IMG/VR virus record: IMGVR_UViG_3300006037_000005 | Span: 1 to 64,000 of that record | From: a virus | Length of the DNA: 64,000 nt | Strand: one strand, 5' to 3' | Shown here: piece after piece, positions 40,443 to 50,836 of the stretch | Layout of the letters: the number at the start of each line of letters is the position of its first letter | How positions within the stretch are numbered: the first letter of the stretch is position 1 | Notes under the pieces: model-generated | Databases searched by the model: none | The model's input: the letters and a program-made list of their open reading frames with translations, nothing else | What the model was told of the DNA's origin: nothing | Translations under genes and position numbers: made by a program

Positions 40443-42056
40443 TTAATCAGAATCTTTGTTTATGTATACATAACCCTCAATATCCTTTAGCATATCTAAG
40501 TCTATTGGTTGATCACCATAATATTTTTTGACAAGTTTACAGATATTTTTAATAGATCTACCTGTAATGTTTTTGAAATGTTCTGTTATCAATGGTAATT
40601 GACCATTTTTTATCTCAATATCATAATTATCCAATAAAACATTCCATAACTTTGTGAGTTCTTCATCTTTGGGAACACCATATTCAACAATTGCTGTTGC
40701 TCTTGATAAAATCGCATCATCAACCGAACTTGCTCTGTTGGTGGTCATAAACAATAGACCATTGTAATATTCAAGTGTTCTAAGAAATGTACAGACTACA
40801 GCATTTCTGTGCAGATCTTGATCTCTTGATTGTATATAAACATCGGCTTCATCAATAAGTAAGACAGCACCCCATCTTGATGCTCTTTTTAGAACTGCTT
40901 CAAGATTTTTCTCAAGATCATCTATCTTGATACCAAGCTGATCTGATTGTACTTTATATAGAGGTTTTTCCATTATTTCAGAATAGATTTCTGCAGATAA
41001 TGTTTTACCAGTACCAGGTATACCTTTACAGATGATAATAGTTCCACCTGTTTTACCAGACACAATATCTTCGAAATTATCTTTTGTGTTCAAAGTTAAT
41101 ATCTCTATTAACTTATTGATGTTTGGTGGTAAAACAAGTTTTTCTTTTAACTTTGGGTTATAGACATATTCTTCAAGAGATTCAGTGTGTATCCAAAAAT
41201 CTCTGTGTTTGCTCAAAGAAAACATATAAACAAAAGGATGAGTTGGAACTATATGATCTACATCTGTCTCAATGTCTTTATCCCAAAATACTGAATTAAC
41301 ATAATTGTTCGGTATTTTGTTTGTGATAGTATCCATATTGTTAACAAAATTCATATAAGAACCATCACCAACTGTTTTGTTTATACCACCCCATCTATCA
41401 TATTGTATTATAATTTTGGATTTATATTGTTTACCTATGGATTCAACTATATTCTTATATTTTCCATATTGATTAAAGAAAATCTTTCGGATTTCGGGGT
41501 TTTCTTTATAATAACCTTTTGATTCCAAAATTTCTGATACTGTTTTACCAGATACAATATCAGAAGAATAAAATGTGATATCAGTCTTTCTCTCCTCCAC
41601 GCAAGCAATATGTCTCAATGATATTTGAACATATGCTGGACTTTCTTTTTCCGCTGGTTTGTATATTATGCTATTTACATAATAAGGAAGTGGTATGTCT
41701 ACATCATTTATGTTTTGGATTTTATATAGATAATAGTCCAAAGAATCATTTTTAATATATTGTCTTAACGCATCTCTTAACGCATCAAGTCTTTTGGGTA
41801 CTACCTTATCTACATTTGATTTAATGGACTTCAACATTGATATCTGTTGTAATATTGAATTGAATCCAGATTCGGTAGCAACATTGGCTTTTGCCATTTC
41901 CTGCAATGCATCCATAAAATCATCATCGAGTTTATCAGAATTGATAGATACTACATTGCTATCATTGTTCCATGATATACAGCCATCTAAATATCTTGAT
42001 TGAAATCCTTTTGATTTCAATTCTTTTATAGTCTTTATTGTCAATTTTAATTCCAT
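40443..42056 (-). CDS. AAA+ ATPase with long N-terminal domain
   Basis: GIPGTGKT, VLLIDEAD, FLRTLEYY, MTTNR, DDAILSR. Confidence 0.9.
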   Translation of the reverse strand: MELKLTIKTIKELKSKGFQSRYLDGCISWNNDSNVVSINSDKLDDDFMDALQEMAKANVATESGFNSILQQISMLKSIKSNVDKVVPKRLDALRDALRQYIKNDSLDYYLYKIQNINDVDIPLPYYVNSIIYKPAEKESPAYVQISLRHIACVEERKTDITFYSSDIVSGKTVSEILESKGYYKENPEIRKIFFNQYGKYKNIVESIGKQYKSKIIIQYDRWGGINKTVGDGSYMNFVNNMDTITNKIPNNYVNSVFWDKDIETDVDHIVPTHPFVYMFSLSKHRDFWIHTESLEEYVYNPKLKEKLVLPPNINKLIEILTLNTKDNFEDIVSGKTGGTIIICKGIPGTGKTLSAEIYSEIMEKPLYKVQSDQLGIKIDDLEKNLEAVLKRASRWGAVLLIDEADVYIQSRDQDLHRNAVVCTFLRTLEYYNGLLFMTTNRASSVDDAILSRATAIVEYGVPKDEELTKLWNVLLDNYDIEIKNGQLPLITEHFKNITGRSIKNICKLVKKYYGDQPIDLDMLKDIEGYVYINKDSD

Positions 42057-42062
42057 CTTTAT

Positions 42063-42536
42063 TTAAATTATTCTTTTAGTTTTACAATTGAATACTGGTG
42101 CTGTATTTTTAATATTGGTCCAAACACCAGTGAATTCACCATTTCTGAAATATAATAGTTGAATTCTCGGATAATAATTTCCAGTGATATGTGTATAATA
42201 TAGTCTGCCTCTGTACATAACAATGAAACAATGGGGGATATTATTAACAGTACGAGTTGGAATATTTCTACCTACGATATATTTTTCTTTTTCATCACCG
42301 AAATTATCAAGTTTTTTATATTCTACATCCTCAAAAACCCATTTATATTTGTTGTTTCTGAACCATTTATTGAGTTCTTCTGAATATTGATTCTTCTTTA
42401 TCCTTATTGGATTGGAAAAATTGAAACTTTCTTCAGATAAGATTTCAAGGTTGTAGCTTGATTTTAAAACGAAACCGCATCGATTTTTGATGACAACACC
42501 AATGTCTGTAATGAAATATTCCACTCTGTTTTCCAT
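42063..42536 (-). CDS. Hypothetical protein, first gene after sigma-54 promoter 3
   Basis: 157-aa ORF. Confidence 0.65.
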   Translation of the reverse strand: MENRVEYFITDIGVVIKNRCGFVLKSSYNLEILSEESFNFSNPIRIKKNQYSEELNKWFRNNKYKWVFEDVEYKKLDNFGDEKEKYIVGRNIPTRTVNNIPHCFIVMYRGRLYYTHITGNYYPRIQLLYFRNGEFTGVWTNIKNTAPVFNCKTKRII

Positions 42537-42569
42537 AATTTTATTTTAAAATGTTCCTATAACAAGTAT

Positions 42570-42585
42570 AGCAAAAACCGTGCCA
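42570..42585 (-). promoter_or_regulatory. Sigma-54-type promoter 3
   Basis: Minus strand TGGCACGGTTTTTGCT; TGACA at 42604-42608. Confidence 0.8.
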
Positions 42586-42610
42586 TATCAAAATTTGGTA
42601 TTATGACATA

Positions 42611-44752
42611 TCATATGTTTATTTTAATATTATCTTTTTTAATAGAGTGTATATTTGCACAATTGTGGCATATATAAAACCCATAAGTTATCCCGTTCGG
42701 GCGTTCCTCAGATAATGGATCATACAATCTAAGATATGGGTGTATCTGATCAAGAAGACTATTTCCACTATATGCTTTATGTCCATAATATTTGTAGTTT
42801 TGATAATATGGTGGTAATTGTTTCCTATCAGTAAGATCAAGAAGCCACATAAAACCAGCATAATGCCTTATATTGATTTGGTATGTATGTTTGGCTTTAT
42901 TCTTTCCACAACACTCACATATATCAGCATCCATAAAGTTGTCTGATTTTCCAATACCAACGCCTCTATAAATATCCACACCTTCTTTTTTAGTTCTTCT
43001 ATTTATGATTATGGTCTCGCAATAATCACCATTAATACCATGTGGTGATATTAAATTTGTTACTGATTTGCATATCGAATTAAGTATCTTGTTGTATACA
43101 GTTTTTGAAGAAAATATCATTTTTTCGAATTCTTTTGTATCAGCATAGCTTCTGTTCTTTAGTTGCAATAGCAGTGGTTCTATTGTGTCTACAAATCTGT
43201 TATCTAAAATCAACCATTCAGACAATGATTCAAGATTATCATTTGTGGCAAGCCAATTGGCATCATACATGGGGTTAGACATAATTTCATTATACGATGC
43301 TTTTTCAAGAGATTTATAATTTTTGTTTAAATCGAGACTATTGAGTGTTTCCATAATCTCGTTGAATCTATTTTTATTTTTATCGTTCCAATATTCCATC
43401 TTTGTATTATCATTAAGTAGGATGTTTTCACCAGACAACAATTTGTTGTTAATAAATTTCTTTGCTGTGGTCATTCCTGTTGATATATTGTTATTATCTA
43501 TCGATAAGAAATTTATGATTTCATTTGATAATAACAATATGAAAGCTTTGTTGCTATCGGATAGGGAATTTATATCATACTTAATAAAAATTGGATTTAT
43601 AAAGATAAATTCATCTTTATCCCATCTTACTATAACCTCCCCATTTTTCTTTATTGTACCATAATTTGGTGTATCACTATCAAAGAAATATCTTTCTTTC
43701 CTATCAACATGTATTGATGAGAAATCAACACCTAAAGATGTCAGATATTCTGAGATTTTCTTTTTTGTTATAATTTCAGATGTCTTATGATAAGTCCCAC
43801 TTTTGTGGTTTTTTCTATATAAATCAAATTCTTCCCTAACTTCTTTTAAGATATCATATTTTATAATCTTATTCTTTATTATTTGATTTTGTTGTATTGC
43901 CAATTCTTCTATATTTTCAAATATTTCATATGGCAAATCACAATTTTCTATTTTATCATCGTAATTTCTCCATATTGAAGCCCTCTCCATCCTAAGATGT
44001 GGTTGTCTAGGATTATCAAAATGTATTTGGTCTGATACTATCCATATTGTATCACCTTTATGAATAGTGAACACGAAACTCGATAGTATCGGATTTATAT
44101 TTGACAATTTACCAAATAATGTTATAAATATTTTATCAGAATCGGCTTTTTTAATGAATTCTTTTTGTTTAGACAAAAAATCGAGCCAGCTGTTTATATC
44201 AGATGATATACCTATCTCTGGATAGAAAACATATTTGTCTGATATAAATATTTTGTCTTGACCACCATGGTGCAAATATGTTTTAAAGAATTGTTTAGAA
44301 AAAACCATTTTATTCAATTTTAGAATATCTTGTGGTTTAAACGAAAAATTATCATCAAAATTGAACCCCATGGATTTTATCTGATTCATCCTTGGTATAA
44401 AATAAAACAATTCCCATTCACTATACAAATCTATTATTCCAGAGATTGTGTCTATTAATAGTTTGACCGATTCTATACTTTGTTTTGTGAAATCTTTTTT
44501 ATGTGGTAGGTTTATATAATCTGATAGACAATTATAATAAGAATTGGTTTTAAAGCAAATAGAATGGAGCTTTATTATGCAGATATCCGAATCAAATTCA
44601 TAAGAATTTTTAATATCAAACACTGTTTTTTTGATATTATCAGATGGTAAGATTCTCACAGATTTTGATTTATCTTCAGGAAAAGCATCTGTAAAATCAA
44701 ACTCAAATACCTGTTCTAGATTAGAAACAATCGATATTATTTTATCTTTCAT
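42611..44752 (-). CDS. Large hypothetical protein with C-terminal Cys motifs
   Basis: 713 aa; CECCG and CHNC near the C-terminus. Confidence 0.7.
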   Translation of the reverse strand: MKDKIISIVSNLEQVFEFDFTDAFPEDKSKSVRILPSDNIKKTVFDIKNSYEFDSDICIIKLHSICFKTNSYYNCLSDYINLPHKKDFTKQSIESVKLLIDTISGIIDLYSEWELFYFIPRMNQIKSMGFNFDDNFSFKPQDILKLNKMVFSKQFFKTYLHHGGQDKIFISDKYVFYPEIGISSDINSWLDFLSKQKEFIKKADSDKIFITLFGKLSNINPILSSFVFTIHKGDTIWIVSDQIHFDNPRQPHLRMERASIWRNYDDKIENCDLPYEIFENIEELAIQQNQIIKNKIIKYDILKEVREEFDLYRKNHKSGTYHKTSEIITKKKISEYLTSLGVDFSSIHVDRKERYFFDSDTPNYGTIKKNGEVIVRWDKDEFIFINPIFIKYDINSLSDSNKAFILLLSNEIINFLSIDNNNISTGMTTAKKFINNKLLSGENILLNDNTKMEYWNDKNKNRFNEIMETLNSLDLNKNYKSLEKASYNEIMSNPMYDANWLATNDNLESLSEWLILDNRFVDTIEPLLLQLKNRSYADTKEFEKMIFSSKTVYNKILNSICKSVTNLISPHGINGDYCETIIINRRTKKEGVDIYRGVGIGKSDNFMDADICECCGKNKAKHTYQINIRHYAGFMWLLDLTDRKQLPPYYQNYKYYGHKAYSGNSLLDQIHPYLRLYDPLSEERPNGITYGFYICHNCANIHSIKKDNIKINI

Positions 44753-45177
44753 ATTTTTATTTTGTAGATGTCCCCTTCGAGTTCCTCTATCTGTGTTTTT
44801 GTTTTGTTGAAGTATGATTGTTTCACATCATGTTGATATTTCATTCTAAAAATATCAGATTTTTTGTAAAAATCTTCATTAATTCTTTCTATCAGAAATT
44901 CCACTATACCATCGAATTTACACAGATTTTCAAAATAGGCATCATTGTTTGGAATCTCTGTTTGCATCTCTGGCACAGATTTGTATGTTCTTTCCTTTAG
45001 TACTTTCATGTTCCAAATGAAAGATGTCGATAATATACCCAAAAGATATGAATCTTCTTTTGAAATTTTATTAATATTTTCCTTATGATATTGAGAAAAA
45101 TAATAGATTAAGATGTCTATTTCTTGCGAACAAAATGCAAGTAGAGGTTTTATGGTATCTTTGATCCTATTCTCCAT
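44749..45177 (-). CDS. Hypothetical protein
   Basis: 142-aa ORF. Confidence 0.55.
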   Translation of the reverse strand: MENRIKDTIKPLLAFCSQEIDILIYYFSQYHKENINKISKEDSYLLGILSTSFIWNMKVLKERTYKSVPEMQTEIPNNDAYFENLCKFDGIVEFLIERINEDFYKKSDIFRMKYQHDVKQSYFNKTKTQIEELEGDIYKIKI

Positions 45178-45181
45178 ATTG

Positions 45182-45505
45182 TTATGGTATTATTATTTCT
45201 CCAAACACTGATTCTGCAAATTCTGGTGTCATAGAATGCATAAACAATTTTAATGCATCTCTTTTAATTTCATAGCCTTCAGATTTAAATGGTTCTGTTT
45301 CATTTACCCTATTTATGAAAGAAATAGATTTTAGTTCCATCTCTTTAAATACTGCAATAACGGATTCATTAGTTGTTGCTTTTCTTTGTGAGATTATATC
45401 TTTTGCCTCAATAACCATACCACTCAAAGCTATCAACAATCTTTGCTCTGCAGATTTATCTTGATCTTCCTCCTGATAAATTCTAAAATATTCTCTGGCT
45501 TTCAA
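45182..45505 (-). CDS. Hypothetical protein
   Basis: 107-aa ORF. Confidence 0.6.
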   Translation of the reverse strand: MKAREYFRIYQEEDQDKSAEQRLLIALSGMVIEAKDIISQRKATTNESVIAVFKEMELKSISFINRVNETEPFKSEGYEIKRDALKLFMHSMTPEFAESVFGEIIIP

Positions 45506-45785
45506 TTTATATGTATTAAAGATTGTATGATATTTTCGTCTTTATTGAACATCATGCCTGTGATAAATTTATCACAGGCATTTTCAACTTTATTCCAGTC
45601 AATGAATTTTGTTGGCATATTACACAAATGTTTATAACCAAGATTAACATCTTCTCTAGATCCTATAATTTCATATGTGTTATCTTTATGCATTGCTATC
45701 ACAAATAAACCATATCCGAAGAAAATTGGTGTATCCTCTTTTTTGGGATCGAATGCTACTAATATAAAAAGATTTTTCATATCTA

Positions 45786-46253
45786 TTAAAAACTTGGATC
45801 CCAGTATTCTTCTTGCATACCAAAAACTATATTTATCTTTGGATAGCTAGTTACAATTTTAGTAATACCATCTATTAATTTCAAGAAACCATTTTCATCA
45901 AAATGATCTGGATTATAAACATTTTCTTTTCCACAGAATTGTATAGATCTTGAGATTTGTCTCCAACAGCCTTGTCTGAATACCAATTCCACAGACTGTT
46001 CTTCAAGTTCCGAATAATCATATTGTTGACCACTATCAGTTAAACCAAGATTATCTATTCTTTTTGCTCTACATCTTCTGATGGTACATTTGGTTTGGTC
46101 TTTTGAAACTTCAACAACTTGATAAGCATGTCTATCTGTCCAAAATAGAACTGTTGCACCTTTACCAACTTCTGGCTTTGCTTGAGACCCAGACATCATA
46201 TGGTTCATTAAACTTCCTGTTTGTGAACCCAATTTTAGCATTGTATTTTTCAT
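45786..46253 (-). CDS. Phage hypothetical protein, first gene after sigma-54 promoter 4
   Basis: PEVGKGAT..WTDRHAY..V and C-terminal EEYWDPSF. Confidence 0.7.
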   Translation of the reverse strand: MKNTMLKLGSQTGSLMNHMMSGSQAKPEVGKGATVLFWTDRHAYQVVEVSKDQTKCTIRRCRAKRIDNLGLTDSGQQYDYSELEEQSVELVFRQGCWRQISRSIQFCGKENVYNPDHFDENGFLKLIDGITKIVTSYPKINIVFGMQEEYWDPSF

Positions 46254-46289
46254 AATTTTTTATTTTTAAAATGTTCTTATATAAATTAT

Positions 46290-46305
46290 TGCAAAAATCG
46301 TGCCA
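46290..46305 (-). promoter_or_regulatory. Sigma-54-type promoter 4
   Basis: Minus strand TGGCACGATTTTTGCA; TGACA boxes at 46326, 46331, 46348, 46356, 46361. Confidence 0.85.
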
Positions 46306-46311
46306 AATTTT

Positions 46312-46611
46312 TCAGATGGATTTTGTGACATGACAATTTGGCAGACATGACACCGTGACATGACAATTTTTAATATGATTATAAAGTTTCTTTGTTCCAA
46401 CAAGACCCCATTGTTTATGTTTTGATATCAAAGCATTAAAGACAAGAAGTTTATCAATGGAATTCTGATCTTTTTGTTTCATTTCGCAATATTTGAAGAC
46501 TGGTGTTCTGTATAGACCATGTATCAATTCAAAATTATCTTTGATTAAAGTTATGTGTTCTTCTGTTAATTCAGATAGCTGTTTTTGGATTTCTTTTGTT
46601 GAATTTGCCAT
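46312..46611 (-). CDS. Hypothetical protein, first gene after sigma-54 promoter 5
   Basis: 99-aa ORF whose 3' end runs through the TGACA boxes of promoter 4. Confidence 0.55.
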   Translation of the reverse strand: MANSTKEIQKQLSELTEEHITLIKDNFELIHGLYRTPVFKYCEMKQKDQNSIDKLLVFNALISKHKQWGLVGTKKLYNHIKNCHVTVSCLPNCHVTKSI

Positions 46612-46649
46612 AATTTTTGATTTTAAAAATGTTCTTATATAAAAATTAT

Positions 46650-46665
46650 TACAAAAATCGTACCA
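46650..46665 (-). promoter_or_regulatory. Sigma-54-type promoter 5 (variant)
   Basis: Minus strand TGGTACGATTTTTGTA with the same leader; TGACA at 46689 and 46697. Confidence 0.7.
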
Positions 46666-46785
46666 AAATTTAGGTGTGCTTCATCGGATGACAATCTGAC
46701 ATGGTTTGTTTCAGTACAGAAGATAGTAGTTCTGAAATAACCTTATTAAACGAGATAGTTTTGATAAATTCTGTATGCTATGGTA

Positions 46786-47202
46786 TTAAACACACAAATG
46801 GTTAGGATTATCATATGGAAGATGTGGTATTATTGAAATGTCTATATAATATTGAGGATCTGTATGTTCTGTTTGTTGAATCACAAGCCCACTATATTTT
46901 AATTTGATACTCCTATTTATGTTTATCACATATGCTTCTCTACCATGGTGTGATTGTTTGAATCTATTAAAATTCTCTTCATCTTCATTGAGTATACTAC
47001 CACCAATAGTGTTTGCTATCTCATCAAGCATTAGAATTTTGTCTCCTATGGTTTTTTGCCAGGGTATAGCTATGAGATCCAAATCTCTGTTCATAGACCC
47101 ATGTAGAACTATATTATATCCATACCTTAATCCTATCTCTTTTATGATCTCGAAATAAAATGCATATAGACTTGGCTTTGCGTGTATTGGTTTATTATTC
47201 AT
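46786..47202 (-). CDS. Putative minimal nucleotidyltransferase-fold protein
   Basis: VLHGSMNRDLDLIAIPW resembles the GS..DxD motif. Confidence 0.55.
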   Translation of the reverse strand: MNNKPIHAKPSLYAFYFEIIKEIGLRYGYNIVLHGSMNRDLDLIAIPWQKTIGDKILMLDEIANTIGGSILNEDEENFNRFKQSHHGREAYVININRSIKLKYSGLVIQQTEHTDPQYYIDISIIPHLPYDNPNHLCV

Positions 47203-47204
47203 TA

Positions 47205-47603
47205 TTATATTAAATTTACAACCATATCAAGATATATGAATCTTTTAATTATAACCTTATTTTGATCTGATATAATAGCTTCAAAAACAGGCTTAAATTT
47301 TATGTATTCCTTGTGTATATTGTATATTTCTTCTGATTCTTTTGTTAGTAGTGTGATATCTGCAAACAATGTTCTATCTTCAACATAAATAGTAGATTCA
47401 AAATGAATAAAATCGTGGTGCGATTCATCCCTATAAATATGATCTATTATATTTCTTATTCTGCCATATATTTTGGTTTTATCTCGCATCATTGACAACA
47501 AGATATCATTCGTCTCATATGGATATATTCTACCAGAATCCAGGATTTCATCAAATCTGAGAATTTGAATCTTTTTAATAATCATTTTATAATCCTCCCA
47601 CAT
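47205..47603 (-). CDS. Degenerate prohead-protease-like paralog
   Basis: DSGRIYP, YGRI, H..., LFADITLL resemble the gp21-fold N-terminus. Confidence 0.4.
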   Translation of the reverse strand: MWEDYKMIIKKIQILRFDEILDSGRIYPYETNDILLSMMRDKTKIYGRIRNIIDHIYRDESHHDFIHFESTIYVEDRTLFADITLLTKESEEIYNIHKEYIKFKPVFEAIISDQNKVIIKRFIYLDMVVNLI

Positions 47604-47847
47604 TCGTAACAGTTATCAAAATTTATGTGGTTCATATGCCCACAGTCACATTTGTTTGTACTTAAAATAATATCTGACGATCTGTGTGTTGCAGAAAGAT
47701 CGTGGTGATCTATGAACATTATAACATCAGATAGACCAGGTTTTTTGGGTAAAGATGCTCTGTTTTTATTTAGATATTTTAAAGTATTAATGAATAGATT
47801 AAAATACCTTTCATTGAAAATTATCAATAATATGATATGAATCTTTC

Positions 47848-48249
47848 TCATGATAAAATAAGAAATAATATGAAAATTTTAGGAAAATAGAATATGATAT
47901 TAAAAAACCAAAATTCAGTATCATTATTATATTGGAAATATTTAATAATAAAAAATCTAAAAATTTCAATGGTCGAATTCAAAAGACTTAAATATAAAGA
48001 GTACATATAAATATTCTGCCATTTATCTTCAATACCAATAATATACAATAATAAGGTATAGAAAACCCACCAAAATGATGTATATATAGCCAATGAATCT
48101 GGGAATTTATTTATATCTGTGTGTGAACCATATAAATCTGATATAAAAATTGTAAGAATTTCAAAAAGAATCACAGACAGAAACAGTATTTCTATTTTAC
48201 TAGTCATTTTTTCTTTTGATGAAATTTTCAACAATATGATCGATGTCAC
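47848..48249 (-). CDS. Multi-pass membrane protein
   Basis: Several hydrophobic stretches. Confidence 0.55.
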   Translation of the reverse strand: MTSIILLKISSKEKMTSKIEILFLSVILFEILTIFISDLYGSHTDINKFPDSLAIYTSFWWVFYTLLLYIIGIEDKWQNIYMYSLYLSLLNSTIEIFRFFIIKYFQYNNDTEFWFFNIIFYFPKIFILFLILS

Positions 48250-48634
48250 TACTATCAGAATTCATAGATTTAGCTAATTCAAAGAGATCAGATCTAGAAT
48301 AAAGCTTAGAATCATCATTATTGCACATAATACCCAAATCCAAAATTTGCTCTTCTATATTAGATTTTAAATCGAGTTTTATTGATTTAAAACCACAGTT
48401 AGAAAGTATATCAGATTCTGCTTTAGATAAATAATATTTATATGATATAGGTGAATTTGAAGCGAAGATTTTCTTGTTGAAAAAACCAGAATCTTGGTTT
48501 GTTTGTGATACTTGTACTCTACCTATTGATAAATCGAGATAAATCTCAGATTTTTTAATAAGATACATTTGATATAGAAGATAAACCGAAGCACCTATTA
48601 TTTGTATTTGCAATTCTTTTATATCTTGTTCCAT
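48200..48634 (-). CDS. Hypothetical protein
   Basis: 144-aa ORF. Confidence 0.55.
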   Translation of the reverse strand: MEQDIKELQIQIIGASVYLLYQMYLIKKSEIYLDLSIGRVQVSQTNQDSGFFNKKIFASNSPISYKYYLSKAESDILSNCGFKSIKLDLKSNIEEQILDLGIMCNNDDSKLYSRSDLFELAKSMNSDSSDIDHIVENFIKRKND

Positions 48635-48724
48635 TTTGTTTTTATTAACAAAATTAGCTATGGTTACAAAATTTCTAATTTAGAATAATTATATCCAATA
48701 TCTCTGATATTGTTATAGAATATA

Positions 48725-49189
48725 TTATATTACCAAGTTATCAATATTAAGAACCCATTGTTTATCATGGATTTCTGATGTATGAATATCAAAGATTGTG
48801 TTATCACCTTTTGATATTGGAGTTATTATAATTTTTGGTGGTATTGGTGAACTAAAAGGTTTAAAGTGTTCTTTCTCAGGAAAACCAAGTTTCTGAAATT
48901 TTCGCATAATCTCTATAGAAAGTAAATGTGCCTCTCTATCAAGGGGTAAATTGTAATTTTCATAAAAATGAACTTGTTCTTGATCATAGACAAAATCAAA
49001 ATCGAATCTTTGTATAGTATCAATTATATTGAACCCCCAAGAATACATTCTGAGATGTAAAACATCAGTTGATATTGAGCGACTACCACCCAATTTTGAT
49101 ATAAGATCTGATCCAAGATTGAAATATTTCTCTATTATCTCTTGTGTTATGAATTGTTTATTTTTAGTGATGTTCACGTTTGAATCCAT
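48725..49189 (-). CDS. Hypothetical protein
   Basis: 154-aa ORF. Confidence 0.55.
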   Translation of the reverse strand: MDSNVNITKNKQFITQEIIEKYFNLGSDLISKLGGSRSISTDVLHLRMYSWGFNIIDTIQRFDFDFVYDQEQVHFYENYNLPLDREAHLLSIEIMRKFQKLGFPEKEHFKPFSSPIPPKIIITPISKGDNTIFDIHTSEIHDKQWVLNIDNLVI

Positions 49190-49425
49190 TTTTCTCCAAC
49201 ATTTTATCGACTCTATTTAGATCTTTTTTCGATTCATAATTATCCCAAAAACCGTCACTAACAGCAGAAAAAGTATCAAGAATTGATACCAAAGATATCA
49301 ATTCTAAATCTGTTAATTCCAATTTGTGTTTTTTTCGTGCCATAGCATATTTATTATTTAAAACATATTAAGTTACATTAAATTAGTGGTGTGATCCACA
49401 CTAACCACACCAAAATAACGATTGC

Positions 49426-49872
49426 TTAAAAAGGAAATTCCGACTTGTTCATCTCTATACCATTTTTTCGTGTGGGTATTTCTTTTATGTCTTTGTTTTC
49501 ATAGAAATTCTTCAATATGATTCTAATTGCTTCACTAAAAGTACACCCATGGTACATCTGCAAAAAAGATATTGGTGTTGAACCAGAATTTCCACATCTG
49601 TAGCATTTATATCTATCAAGACGTTTAGATACTCTCATGATAGTTCTTGATGAAAAATCTTTACATTTTGGGCAAAAACATTGGAAATTAGAACCTTTTT
49701 TTGTTAACACCAAATATTTAGATAGCACTTCGAATGTTCGGGCGTTTTTTAAAACAATATTTATATCTTCCTGTTTGAAATAAAAATTATCTTTTATCCT
49801 AGATTTTAGACGAGGTTTTCGATTCTTTTGAAAAATTTTAAATTCAGATGTATCAAAAACAGAATTTTTCAT
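49426..49872 (-). CDS. Stand-alone DnaG-type (CHC2-like) zinc-finger protein
   Basis: LTKKGSNFQCFCPKC...YKCYRCGNSG..ISFLQ...TFSEAI. Confidence 0.75.
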   Translation of the reverse strand: MKNSVFDTSEFKIFQKNRKPRLKSRIKDNFYFKQEDINIVLKNARTFEVLSKYLVLTKKGSNFQCFCPKCKDFSSRTIMRVSKRLDRYKCYRCGNSGSTPISFLQMYHGCTFSEAIRIILKNFYENKDIKEIPTRKNGIEMNKSEFPF

Positions 49873-50249
49873 TTTATTAATTCAAATCCTTTTTCTATAG
49901 CACGATTGAGTGCTGTATGATAGTTATACCATTTCTTGTCTGAACTATGCAAAATGACACCATTTTTGAATATAACAAAATCAAAAATATTTCTAAACCC
50001 TTTATCATCATTGATAGTTTTTATTTTTCTTGGTGATATATCGATTTTATGTTTTGTTCTGAACCAATCTATTGCATCTTGATATGTTGGTACTGGTAAA
50101 AGATTTTTCGGATCTTCTGCCTTGCCATATATTGGTTTTTCACCATCATAATACATGGTAAAATCAGCTTTAAAATGTTTAGTTTTAAAGATTTCAGCTA
50201 TGTTTCTATTCACAAATACAGTTTTCATACTTTTGTTATTTTGCACCAA
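49869..50249 (-). CDS. Hypothetical protein, paralog family A
   Basis: PTYQDAIDWFR.KH.I, YHTALNRAIEKGFELI. Confidence 0.65.
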   Translation of the reverse strand: MVQNNKSMKTVFVNRNIAEIFKTKHFKADFTMYYDGEKPIYGKAEDPKNLLPVPTYQDAIDWFRTKHKIDISPRKIKTINDDKGFRNIFDFVIFKNGVILHSSDKKWYNYHTALNRAIEKGFELIK

Positions 50250-50836
50250 TCTTTGCCGTCACCATCGATATTATTAATAAAAAAGAATACCCCATCGCAA
50301 TTAGTTGCGTAAATTTTATATCCAATTCTGTGATGCTGTTGAAGAATATTCATATCAAACTCTAACTCTCTATGATCATTAACATCAAAATTAACTGCTA
50401 CTATTTTGATGTTTTCTTTGCTAATATAAACCCTTTTGCTCTCGATCATTATTAAAACAAATCTTTCTCTATGAACCAAAAATTTTTTAATTGCCCTTTA
50501 GCAGAATTTGGTGCAAGCAATAAGATGTAAGATACAGATCTAACTATTTTTGAAAGAAAATAAAGAATAATACCAATAGAGAATATAAATATGATATAAA
50601 GTATGAAAATTACAAGTCTGAAGTATTTTTGAATTCTGTCTTTCATGTTGGATCATATTGTTGTATTTCTGATTCTGATATGTAATCTATGGTATATCTA
50701 ACATCTGGAACACAAATTGGAGTTCCAAGATATATCCTTGTTTTACCACCAATAGTAACAACTTGTGCTATTGTTGTGTTTTGATTGTAAGTCTTTATTT
50801 TTGCACCTTCTACCAATTTCATAACATATTATTTTG

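Noticed and set aside
40443-42056. AAA ATPase as the sigma-54 activator
   Set aside because: No GAFTGA loop or C-terminal HTH is visible.
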